Shown here in pieces: positions 7,940-15,022 of a stretch of DNA of 49,689 nucleotides. The notes below the pieces were generated by a model. The model was not told the DNA's origin. It saw only the letters and a list, made by a program, of their open reading frames with translations, and made no database searches. Origin of the DNA: a phage; sequence record NC_105788.1. The stretch is one strand, 5' to 3'. The translations under genes and the position numbers were made by a program. Position 1 is the stretch's first letter. Each line of letters starts with the position of its first letter.

Positions 7940-9082
7940 TCCTGTCATTTCTGGACGATATATGAAACGACCGATTTCCCCAAACTGCTTATCGTAAACA
8001 ATTACCGCCGCCTGGCGATACGATCGCCACCCTCCGCGTGCTGCGTATGCATCTTTCGCGCCTAACTGGCCGTGTACTTCATCAATACCAAGCGAGTGCT
8101 CAGTGATTGTCTGGTGATGCCAGTGACCACTATGAGTATACACATACTTGCTCTCGCCGAAGTCTGATCGGAAATCTGCCGCCATTGCTGCAAGTCTCGT
8201 ATCTGCCTTCTTCATAGTGTGACCGTGAGTGTATCCCAACAAAGTATTTCCCCAACGAGTCTTATGCAGAATCATAGGACTAACATCAACGAATACTCGC
8301 GGCTCGTCTTCATAATATGCCGACATTGCAGCTCGCAGCCAAATCATCCCAGACTGATCGTGGTTCCCTTCGATAACCTGGACCTCGACTTCTTTGTGTT
8401 TCATAAGCATTTTGTCGATGGCGCGACGCACAGAACGAATCGCTACATGCACCAATTTCGCATATCGTGAATCCTGATCCAGAACGTGACCGCTTGCCGG
8501 GGTAACAGCGTCAAGGCCGTCAGAGTGAAGGAAGTCGCCACCGATTAACAGAACAGCCTTCTCTGCGTTCGGCGCAATATCGATCGCGTAATTAAAGAAG
8601 TCGCTAAGCACTTTTTCCGCTACGTCGGTGGAATAGTTCTCACCGCATTCATGCTTATGAGCAAGCGCGCCAATATGGAGATCGAATACCGGATAGAGTG
8701 CCAGCTTACCCATCGCTGTCGTAAGCCCTTGCGAGGTTAGTAGCTCGGTTGGCTTTGCTCGCGGCAGGTCTTCACAGAATGCAATACGCGCCGCTTCCAT
8801 CATTGCCGCAATCTTCTCACGGTCCTGATCGGTTTTAACCCAGCGCACTACCTCGGTCCCATCTCCGCGAATCATCGTTGATGTGCCTTTTACCATGAAT
8901 CCTTCCGGTACGTTCTTAGCAACATGCTCGTTACCGTGGAAGTGGCCTTCTTTTGCCAATTTTGCGTGGCGAGCTTCAACCGTGCGAATGTGCATACCGT
9001 ACTTTTCCGCGATCTCGCGAAGTGTAAGTCCGTTCATGCGTTCTTCGATAAGTTGCTCGGTAGTGATTTTAGATTGTGACAT
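7931..9082 (-). CDS. HTH domain fused to calcineurin-like metallophosphoesterase (Mre11/SbcD-like nuclease or PPP-type phosphatase)
   Basis: N-terminal helix-turn-helix-like segment (LTLREIAEKYGMHIRTVEARHAKL); metallophosphoesterase motifs DLHIG, GGDFLHSD, GNHD, GHTMKK, GHWHH; AAGGA RBS. Confidence 0.65.
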   Translation of the reverse strand: MSQSKITTEQLIEERMNGLTLREIAEKYGMHIRTVEARHAKLAKEGHFHGNEHVAKNVPEGFMVKGTSTMIRGDGTEVVRWVKTDQDREKIAAMMEAARIAFCEDLPRAKPTELLTSQGLTTAMGKLALYPVFDLHIGALAHKHECGENYSTDVAEKVLSDFFNYAIDIAPNAEKAVLLIGGDFLHSDGLDAVTPASGHVLDQDSRYAKLVHVAIRSVRRAIDKMLMKHKEVEVQVIEGNHDQSGMIWLRAAMSAYYEDEPRVFVDVSPMILHKTRWGNTLLGYTHGHTMKKADTRLAAMAADFRSDFGESKYVYTHSGHWHHQTITEHSLGIDEVHGQLGAKDAYAARGGWRSYRQAAVIVYDKQFGEIGRFIYRPEMTGSH

Positions 9083-9160
9083 ATTTTAATCCTTACATGA
9101 TAATGAAATACATTACTGAAAATGAAATTAGCGGTGTTAATACTACAGCAAAATAAAGTC

Positions 9161-9562
9161 TCATGCCACAGCCTTTAACCAGAATCCTAGATCTGAAGAT
9201 TTAAACTCAACCAGTTTTCCATTAACCTCAAGCATCATACTGTTTCTACCTGGTGAGTAATAACCTATATGCAACTCTTGCTCGATCCCAATAGTGCAAA
9301 GCACATTAACGAAGTCAGGAGGCAACCAATCAGAGAAAGGGATTTTCTTAACCTGCTTCTTTCCGATCCATATGGTCTGGTAGTCATCTAAGTTAATGTT
9401 TAAGCCTGGAAGACTTGTTGCTCTTTGCTGTTTTTCGTTCTCGCTCAATTCTCTTTCCTTCTTCACGATAAAATTCAAGTGATGGGGTAGCTGGCACTCT
9501 ATGCATTTTTCTCGGCATATCTTCCATAAATGAAATCTTTCCGTTTGAGATAATGCTAACAT
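9161..9562 (-). CDS. C-terminal frame of a frame-disrupted gene (hypothetical)
   Basis: protein-like ORF with no credible RBS at its own ATG; overlaps 9393..9665 by 170 nt in another frame. Confidence 0.3.
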   Translation of the reverse strand: MLALSQTERFHLWKICREKCIECQLPHHLNFIVKKERELSENEKQQRATSLPGLNINLDDYQTIWIGKKQVKKIPFSDWLPPDFVNVLCTIGIEQELHIGYYSPGRNSMMLEVNGKLVEFKSSDLGFWLKAVA

Positions 9563-9665
9563 CCTTTATATCGAAATATTTTGCTATTAGTGCTATATCG
9601 TCTGAGATTCCGCATTCCTTTGCGTGCTCCCACACTTCGCGCTTACCTTTCTTTTTTATCAGCAT
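9393..9665 (-). CDS. N-terminal frame of a frame-disrupted gene (hypothetical)
   Basis: good GGAGAAA RBS at 9665 start; 3' part looks like out-of-frame readthrough (KR-rich). Confidence 0.35.
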   Translation of the reverse strand: MLIKKKGKREVWEHAKECGISDDIALIAKYFDIKDVSIISNGKISFMEDMPRKMHRVPATPSLEFYREEGKRIERERKTAKSNKSSRLKH

Positions 9666-9852
9666 TAGTTAATTTCTCCACGTCAGAGATGAAGCCTTCG
9701 ACTTCTTCAACCGAGCAACGGTAATAAGACATTTTAAGGAAGTTCATAGCAATATCCCAATCGAAGTTGCCACCTTGCTTACTCGTAATATGAACGGCCA
9801 TTTTTGCAGACTGCTGGGCGATATTGAAAAAGTTTGCGTTAATGCGTGCCAT
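9643..9852 (-). CDS. hypothetical protein (69 aa)
   Basis: internal ATG of ORF 9643..9867 with GAGGAA RBS. Confidence 0.45.
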   Translation of the reverse strand: MARINANFFNIAQQSAKMAVHITSKQGGNFDWDIAMNFLKMSYYRCSVEEVEGFISDVEKLTNADKKER

Positions 9853-9908
9853 CTTCTGATTCCTCATTTCGTTTCTATGAAATAACTATACCCGACTTTC
9901 GCCGGGTA

Positions 9909-9928
9909 GTTTTAGCAATTAGTGCTGT
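9909..9928 (-). promoter_or_regulatory. box variant (AGCACTAATTGCTAAAAC) followed by hairpin TACCCG..CGGGTA and TATAGT
   Basis: box-like sequence overlapping stop of 9919..10170. Confidence 0.45.
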
Positions 9929-10170
9929 GTGATTATCTCAGAAGAAAGTTCTTCTACGTCTTTTTGGATGATTGAAGGCCAACGCTCGATATATTCATTT
10001 TTTATCTCATCGAAAGACATATCAAGAGAACTGGTGAACTCCCACAGATCGCAACCAATAACATCCTGAGTCAATCCGTTTTGCTCCATAATTTCGCAGC
10101 ACGTAGCGCGATAAAGAAGCCATAAACCTTGCTCAGTTAATTTAACAGGAACCATTTTTTCGCTCATCAT
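9919..10170 (-). CDS. hypothetical protein (83 aa)
   Basis: ATGA overlap with Dam stop; GGTGAGGAAAG RBS. Confidence 0.5.
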   Translation of the reverse strand: MMSEKMVPVKLTEQGLWLLYRATCCEIMEQNGLTQDVIGCDLWEFTSSLDMSFDEIKNEYIERWPSIIQKDVEELSSEIITQH

Positions 10171-10880
10171 ACTTTCCTCACCTTTGCTCGTTTGTTTTTA
10201 ACCGAAGGGCAAATGCTTGTGATTGGGATATAGTGAGTTTGCTGTGTCTCACCCTCTTTAAGTTCGCGCATGATAAAAATTACCGAACCTTTGTTATTAC
10301 CATCTACGGCCTTTCCAGTTTCACCGGATATGAAAGCCAGGCGACCGGATCGTGCGTATTCATTGCCGTCAATATCCTCAGTCAAGTCCGCTTCAATCCA
10401 GATTATTTCAGCTGCGTTCTGTCGCGCCTCAGTAAACCACGCCGTAGAGTTATCTGCAGGTAAAAGCATATCGATCTGATTGTTGTGCTCCATTTGCTCA
10501 ATGGCCTTCTTGACAAATATATCAGGTCGGCTATAAGGAGGATTTAACCAAACGTGCTTATTCTTTCCCCACCAACGTTTTAAGCAGTTTGTTTCCTGAG
10601 AGTAAAACTTCTCGCAAACTTTATTTTCTTCGCTTGCCGCAGCGTCGAGATCATATTTCCCATAACGACCCTCAAGGTATGCAATAACCTCGCGCGGAGT
10701 TGACCATAAATCACGAACAGCGTCAGGGGTATTTGTCCCCTTGTATCGACGCCCTGAAATCTCTTTGCAGGTTGGCGTTTTCAATGCCTGATAATAACCG
10801 CCTGATGCTATTGCTTCGCGAGTGAATGAGCAACCAGTCTCTGCAAAGTCGATGGTTTCAATATCATTAAAGTCTTTCAT
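10167..10880 (-). CDS. dam: DNA N6-adenine methyltransferase (phage Dam-like)
   Basis: WLNPPYS catalytic motif (NPPY); GAGAGGA RBS; preceded by a full box cassette. Confidence 0.75.
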   Translation of the reverse strand: MKDFNDIETIDFAETGCSFTREAIASGGYYQALKTPTCKEISGRRYKGTNTPDAVRDLWSTPREVIAYLEGRYGKYDLDAAASEENKVCEKFYSQETNCLKRWWGKNKHVWLNPPYSRPDIFVKKAIEQMEHNNQIDMLLPADNSTAWFTEARQNAAEIIWIEADLTEDIDGNEYARSGRLAFISGETGKAVDGNNKGSVIFIMRELKEGETQQTHYIPITSICPSVKNKRAKVRKV

Positions 10881-10931
10881 CTTTAGTCCTCTCGTTTCGG
10901 TGAGATAATAATGCCAGATTCCATTCCAGCA

Positions 10932-10951
10932 GTTTTAACAAAAAGTGCTAT
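10932..10951 (-). promoter_or_regulatory. conserved box (minus strand reads ATAGCACTTTTTGTTAAAAC); cassette nearly identical to 1198-1265
   Basis: box copy overlapping TAG stop of VRR-NUC gene, upstream of Dam. Confidence 0.6.
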
Positions 10952-11364
10952 TTCATTAATTCGTAAATTGCGACCTTGAATTGCTCAAATCCGTATGCGA
11001 CGGCAGGGAAGCCGCCACGCTCACGGACCTTTCGGAGAAATTCCCTTTGCTTGTCGCTGACTGGTGACGCCTTTCCTTTGCCTGACTTATTAACCCGCTT
11101 AAGTTCGATTGCTGCAAACGGGTATCGTGAGTTAACACCAATCAGGATAACAAAGTCTGACACGCCTTTAAGTAATCCGGCCTGCTCATCCCTGAGCGCC
11201 GATGTGATTGTTTTTTCACCTTCATTGACAGTGTGCCAAAATAGAAGGTGAGGAAAATTGTATTTCAGCCAGGATACACAATCCACCTGATGAGCGTCCT
11301 CCTTTCTAGTGTCGCTTGGATCTCTCTCGTAAAATTCTAAATAATCACCTTTGTCTGTAATCAT
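10948..11364 (-). CDS. VRR-NUC domain nuclease
   Basis: PD-(D/E)xK-like arrangement (GVSDFVILIG ... AAIELK); GGAGGA RBS inside helicase 3' end. Confidence 0.6.
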   Translation of the reverse strand: MITDKGDYLEFYERDPSDTRKEDAHQVDCVSWLKYNFPHLLFWHTVNEGEKTITSALRDEQAGLLKGVSDFVILIGVNSRYPFAAIELKRVNKSGKGKASPVSDKQREFLRKVRERGGFPAVAYGFEQFKVAIYELMK

Positions 11365-13379
11365 TCCGGGATATCCTCCATACCAAAGTCTTTTCGTGAG
11401 ATAATATCTTCTTTCTTCTGGTTGCGACGATGAGTTACGCGCACCGGGTGAGCAATATGATGTGAGTATTGCAAAATCTTGATGGCGTTCTTCATTCCGA
11501 TAAAGTATCGGCGCATTTTAGGATCTGATACGTGTGGCAATACACCTTTAGTTTTCCATAGCGTACCGCAAATCTTAGAGTCAGACTCGGGGAAGAATTT
11601 TTCATACGCCTTGAACTCATCACCATCATCGTTAATAAGAGTGTATTTGTATATTATGCCTTTCTGGTTTTTGGTTAGCGTAACCTCAAAATTCTTTACT
11701 TCATACCAGTCATTCTTGGTGTACGCCTTACCGGATAACTTCAGGTTGGGATCGACAAGCGAAACATCACAACAACGACAGACTCGAGCCACAACGTCAT
11801 TCTCTGCACCGCATCCTTTAACAAGGATTTTCCCGGTACGTTCATCAACCTGGTCCTCGCAAATCTGAGAAGTCCAGAAATAATCGCAACGTTCACCATC
11901 AATAACATTAACGCATCGTCGAGCATAGAAGCTATTTACGCAACCGCATTTCGGACATGTTTTCGGATCTTTTCCGTTTTCAAATCGCTTTTGGAATTGC
12001 GCCTGCTCAAGTATCGGATCGAAATAAAGCTGCCCCAGCTCATCCATGGTGCCTGCAAAATCCCACACCAAATGGTCTTGCTTAACCATTCCCTCAGCAA
12101 CCTGCCAGGATTTAAGCAGACGCATACCCCTACCCAAAAGCTGAATCAACAGAGTGAGCGACCCTATCTTGCGGAGTATGACACTGAAATCCCAATTTGG
12201 AACGTTAACGCCAGTCGTGAGCGCCATGACCTGAAAGGTGTATTTAATCTTCCCAGCCCTTACATCGTCCAGAATCTTCTTGCGCGTTTTGGTGTCTGTG
12301 TCGCCAGTGATTATTGCATAGGTGCTTCCTGGAGGCAGTGCCGCAGCCGCCTCTTTACAGTGACGCACCCCCGCGCATGTAATCAGAACCGCGTTACGTT
12401 CTTCAGCCTTTTTGGCGACCATTTGCATGATTCGCTGAGTAAGAGATTTATCATGAAGGATCTCATCTTCCATTGCCTTCATATCTTTCTCTGCAAAGTC
12501 CTGTACGCCGTCCTCGCTTGATGCCTTGAACTTATCCAGGTCGTAGTGTACGCCGTCAGTCGAACCGAATATCGTCGGCACAACAGAGCCAAACTCAATC
12601 AGATAGTTTGTGTCGATATCAGTTACGCGCTCACGCCAGAATCCTAACGCATTTGGATTCTCCACCAGAATCGGAACAACGCCCCTAAATTCAGATCCTG
12701 TCATGCCAAATATTCTGAGGTCATGCCCGTGAATCTCTTTACAGCGACGCATCATCTCCATGATTACGATCGTGTACTGGCTTCGCTTAGTTCCAAGTAA
12801 AGGTTTCCCATCATTACCAATCAGAGGAATCTCCCCGTCCATAATAATTTTCCCTTTCTCGCCCCTCATCTGCTCCATCGTTTCTTTTCCTTCGATGGCT
12901 TGAGCAAGGTCTTCCCAATCCACCTGGTGACATTCGTCGATCCCAATTACATGCGGGACAAAATCAGCCAACTCATTGTCGAGGCCATTTGCAACCGTAC
13001 CCTCAGAGCCAACCACGATCGGGAAGTAGCAGGACTTGATTCCAAGCGATGCTGAGAAGATGGAGTTCGTTACCCCGAAGTTGTCGATCTCCTCACTATC
13101 CTGATCGACAATCTCACCCTGTCGGGCAAGCACAAGCATTTTCAGGCCCATTTTTTGACACTGCTTTGCCACCATAGCGAATATGATTGTTTTACCCGCA
13201 GATACTGACGCTTTAACAAAGAATGGATGCTCGTAATTTGACAGGCGTTTTGCGATCTCGGCATAAGCAACAACCTGATACGGATAAGGAACGACCTCAC
13301 CGACAGTGAATCGTTCTTGAGTGCGTTTTATATAGTCCTCGCCAAGTAATGCGATTTGCTTCTTGATGTTAATTGTCAC
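11361..13379 (-). CDS. SF2 DNA helicase with C-terminal Cys-rich (zinc-binding-like) region
   Basis: Walker A SAGKT, DExH box IDECHQ, C-terminal CPKCGC..C..C cluster; start codon appears to be GTG. Confidence 0.75.
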   Translation of the reverse strand: MTINIKKQIALLGEDYIKRTQERFTVGEVVPYPYQVVAYAEIAKRLSNYEHPFFVKASVSAGKTIIFAMVAKQCQKMGLKMLVLARQGEIVDQDSEEIDNFGVTNSIFSASLGIKSCYFPIVVGSEGTVANGLDNELADFVPHVIGIDECHQVDWEDLAQAIEGKETMEQMRGEKGKIIMDGEIPLIGNDGKPLLGTKRSQYTIVIMEMMRRCKEIHGHDLRIFGMTGSEFRGVVPILVENPNALGFWRERVTDIDTNYLIEFGSVVPTIFGSTDGVHYDLDKFKASSEDGVQDFAEKDMKAMEDEILHDKSLTQRIMQMVAKKAEERNAVLITCAGVRHCKEAAAALPPGSTYAIITGDTDTKTRKKILDDVRAGKIKYTFQVMALTTGVNVPNWDFSVILRKIGSLTLLIQLLGRGMRLLKSWQVAEGMVKQDHLVWDFAGTMDELGQLYFDPILEQAQFQKRFENGKDPKTCPKCGCVNSFYARRCVNVIDGERCDYFWTSQICEDQVDERTGKILVKGCGAENDVVARVCRCCDVSLVDPNLKLSGKAYTKNDWYEVKNFEVTLTKNQKGIIYKYTLINDDGDEFKAYEKFFPESDSKICGTLWKTKGVLPHVSDPKMRRYFIGMKNAIKILQYSHHIAHPVRVTHRRNQKKEDIISRKDFGMEDIPE

Positions 13380-13393
13380 GGCTATTTAATCCT

Positions 13394-13422
13394 TTGAATC
13401 GTTGTATCGTTTACGCTATAAT
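13394..13422 (+). promoter_or_regulatory. sigma70-type promoter (TTGAAT-17 bp-TATAAT) for Cro-like gene
   Basis: perfect -10 hexamer and 17-bp spacer read directly; a box copy lies at about +12 to +31. Confidence 0.55.
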
Positions 13423-13440
13423 ACACGACATACAGTAAAC

Positions 13441-13460
13441 GTTTTTAGCAAAAAGTGCTA
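13441..13460. promoter_or_regulatory. conserved box in inverted orientation (GTTTTTAGCAAAAAGTGCTA) between promoter and RBS
   Basis: operator-like position immediately downstream of predicted start site. Confidence 0.55.
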
Positions 13461-13473
13461 CAGGAGAATTAAG

Positions 13474-13926
13474 ATGAATATGCAACGTATCGCAGAATCA
13501 ACTGGTGAAATCGATAAACGTCACATTAATGGTAACAACGGAACGCGACGCGGTAAAGATAAAAAGCCTCGCCAACGCTGCGGTTTCTATATCCACAAAG
13601 AAGAAACACGCGCCGGACTGAGAGCGCGACTTGACGCTCTTATTGAATATTACGGCGGCCCAGCGGCCTGCGCAAAGGCTCTGAAAGTTAGCAATCAGAC
13701 CGTGCAAGGCTGGAAAGAGCGCAATATGATTTCGTGGCAAGGTGCTGAAGCTGCACATCGTGCTTACCGTCGTCAGGGTTGTAAAGGATTCCGCGCCGCA
13801 TGGTTGCGATTCGACCTCAAGTTTGACGGTAACGGCAAGTGTCTAGAGAAACGATGCAAGAACAAGAAGTTTATGCGAGTGGTGAGGAAGGAAGATATCG
13901 GGACGACCAATAGCATTTTTAGTTAA
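13474..13926 (+). CDS. Cro/C1-type HTH DNA-binding protein
   Basis: HTH segment GGPAACAKALKVSNQTVQGWKE; CAGGAG RBS; last codons TNSIFS-stop encoded by a box copy. Confidence 0.55.
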   Translation: MNMQRIAESTGEIDKRHINGNNGTRRGKDKKPRQRCGFYIHKEETRAGLRARLDALIEYYGGPAACAKALKVSNQTVQGWKERNMISWQGAEAAHRAYRRQGCKGFRAAWLRFDLKFDGNGKCLEKRCKNKKFMRVVRKEDIGTTNSIFS

Positions 13927-13929
13927 AAC
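13910..13929 (+). promoter_or_regulatory. conserved box variant ATAGCATTTTTAGTTAAAAC
   Basis: box copy overlapping 3' end of Cro-like gene. Confidence 0.5.
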
Positions 13930-13934
13930 AAACG

Positions 13935-13970
13935 ACGCGTAGCGGGGTAACATCCTTCTACGCGTTTTTT
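13935..13970 (+). terminator. intrinsic terminator (ACGCGTAG ... CTACGCGT + T6)
   Basis: 8-bp stem followed by T-run. Confidence 0.55.
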
Positions 13971-13986
13971 ATTTGGAGATCTGGAA

Positions 13987-14922
13987 GTGAACGAAGAATT
14001 TATGATGTTTCAGAAAGAGGACGTATTACCGTATATGAAGGGGTTATGGCGCGAGGCGTTCCAGTCCATATGCGGATTGCCTAACGAGGTTTTCAACAAG
14101 AAGCACCAACCTTGCCCTAACTGCGGCGGCAAAGACCGTTTTCGCTGGACTGACAATCTGAATACTCCCGGCGACGGCGGCGCGATCTGCAACTCATGCG
14201 GTAACGACTCAGGAATCGGTTGGCTAATGAAGCTAACTGGAATGCCGTACAGCGAATGCATAAACATCCTGGGGAGATTTCTCGGAAAGGTTCCGCAGGA
14301 ATACATTGTCAAGGCCAACAAAAAAGCGCGCCGAACTCCTGTATCTGGTGTTAATGTTATGATGGCAGACCACGAGGCAGTGATGAAAGTTATGGTGCGT
14401 ACAGAGAAGCGCGTAAACACGCCTCTAAGCACGTTTGAGTCACTACCTACTGAATCATTCGACGTTGGCGTAAAACGTCGCGAGGATGGCTCAGAATCAG
14501 TATTTCACACCATACCGTGTCAACTTGTACACGAGGACGGGCTTGATGATGAGTTCTGCAATATTTTGATTATTGATGAGGAAGGAAGAGAGTCATTCTA
14601 CGCGAAGAAATACACAAGCGGATCAGTTGCCGTGACTGGTAAAACTGAAAAGGCGATCTACTTATGCCTGAATTGGATTGATGCTCAGCACATTGCATTT
14701 CACACAAAACAAGAGGTATGGGCCTGCTTCACTCCTGAAAACCTAGAAATGGTTGCGTACAGATACAAAGGGGATCGCGAGGTAAGGGTGGCGTGCGAAC
14801 CTTCAGACAAAGATACTTTGTACATGGCTGACGATCGACAATTGAAGATAATCATCCCGAATCACGGAGGATACCGCTCAGGAATGCAAGCAAAATTATT
14901 CTCAGCAAGCGACCTACTTTAA
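13987..14922 (+). CDS. DNA primase with N-terminal zinc-ribbon (T7 gp4 / P4 alpha-like)
   Basis: CPNCGG..DRFRW..CNSCG zinc-ribbon motif typical of primase-helicase Zn-binding domain; GTG start after GGAG. Confidence 0.65.
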   Translation: MNEEFMMFQKEDVLPYMKGLWREAFQSICGLPNEVFNKKHQPCPNCGGKDRFRWTDNLNTPGDGGAICNSCGNDSGIGWLMKLTGMPYSECINILGRFLGKVPQEYIVKANKKARRTPVSGVNVMMADHEAVMKVMVRTEKRVNTPLSTFESLPTESFDVGVKRREDGSESVFHTIPCQLVHEDGLDDEFCNILIIDEEGRESFYAKKYTSGSVAVTGKTEKAIYLCLNWIDAQHIAFHTKQEVWACFTPENLEMVAYRYKGDREVRVACEPSDKDTLYMADDRQLKIIIPNHGGYRSGMQAKLFSASDLL

Positions 14923-14944
14923 CCGCCTTCGGGCGGTTTTTTAT
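14923..14944 (+). terminator. intrinsic terminator (CCGCC-TTCG-GGCGG + T6)
   Basis: GC hairpin with T-run immediately after primase stop. Confidence 0.7.
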
Positions 14945-14950
14945 TGCCCG

Positions 14951-14979
14951 TTGCAAGACCAGTACCACAATGATAAAAT
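14951..14979 (+). promoter_or_regulatory. sigma70-type promoter with extended -10 (TTGCAA-17 bp-TGaTAAAAT) for tail fibre gene
   Basis: read directly; box copy overlaps predicted start site. Confidence 0.55.
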
Positions 14980-14983
14980 CAGT

Positions 14984-15003
14984 GCTTAGCAATTCGTGCT
15001 ATT
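14984..15003. promoter_or_regulatory. conserved box in inverted orientation (GCTTAGCAATTCGTGCTATT) at predicted +1 region
   Basis: box copy between -10 and RBS. Confidence 0.55.
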
Positions 15004-15022
15004 TACTTAAGGAGTTTATACT

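Noticed and set aside
11479-12521. Plus-strand ORFs 11479..11868 and 11991..12521 inside the helicase gene
   Set aside because: Antisense to a helicase ORF with clear Walker A and DExH motifs; no start signals.
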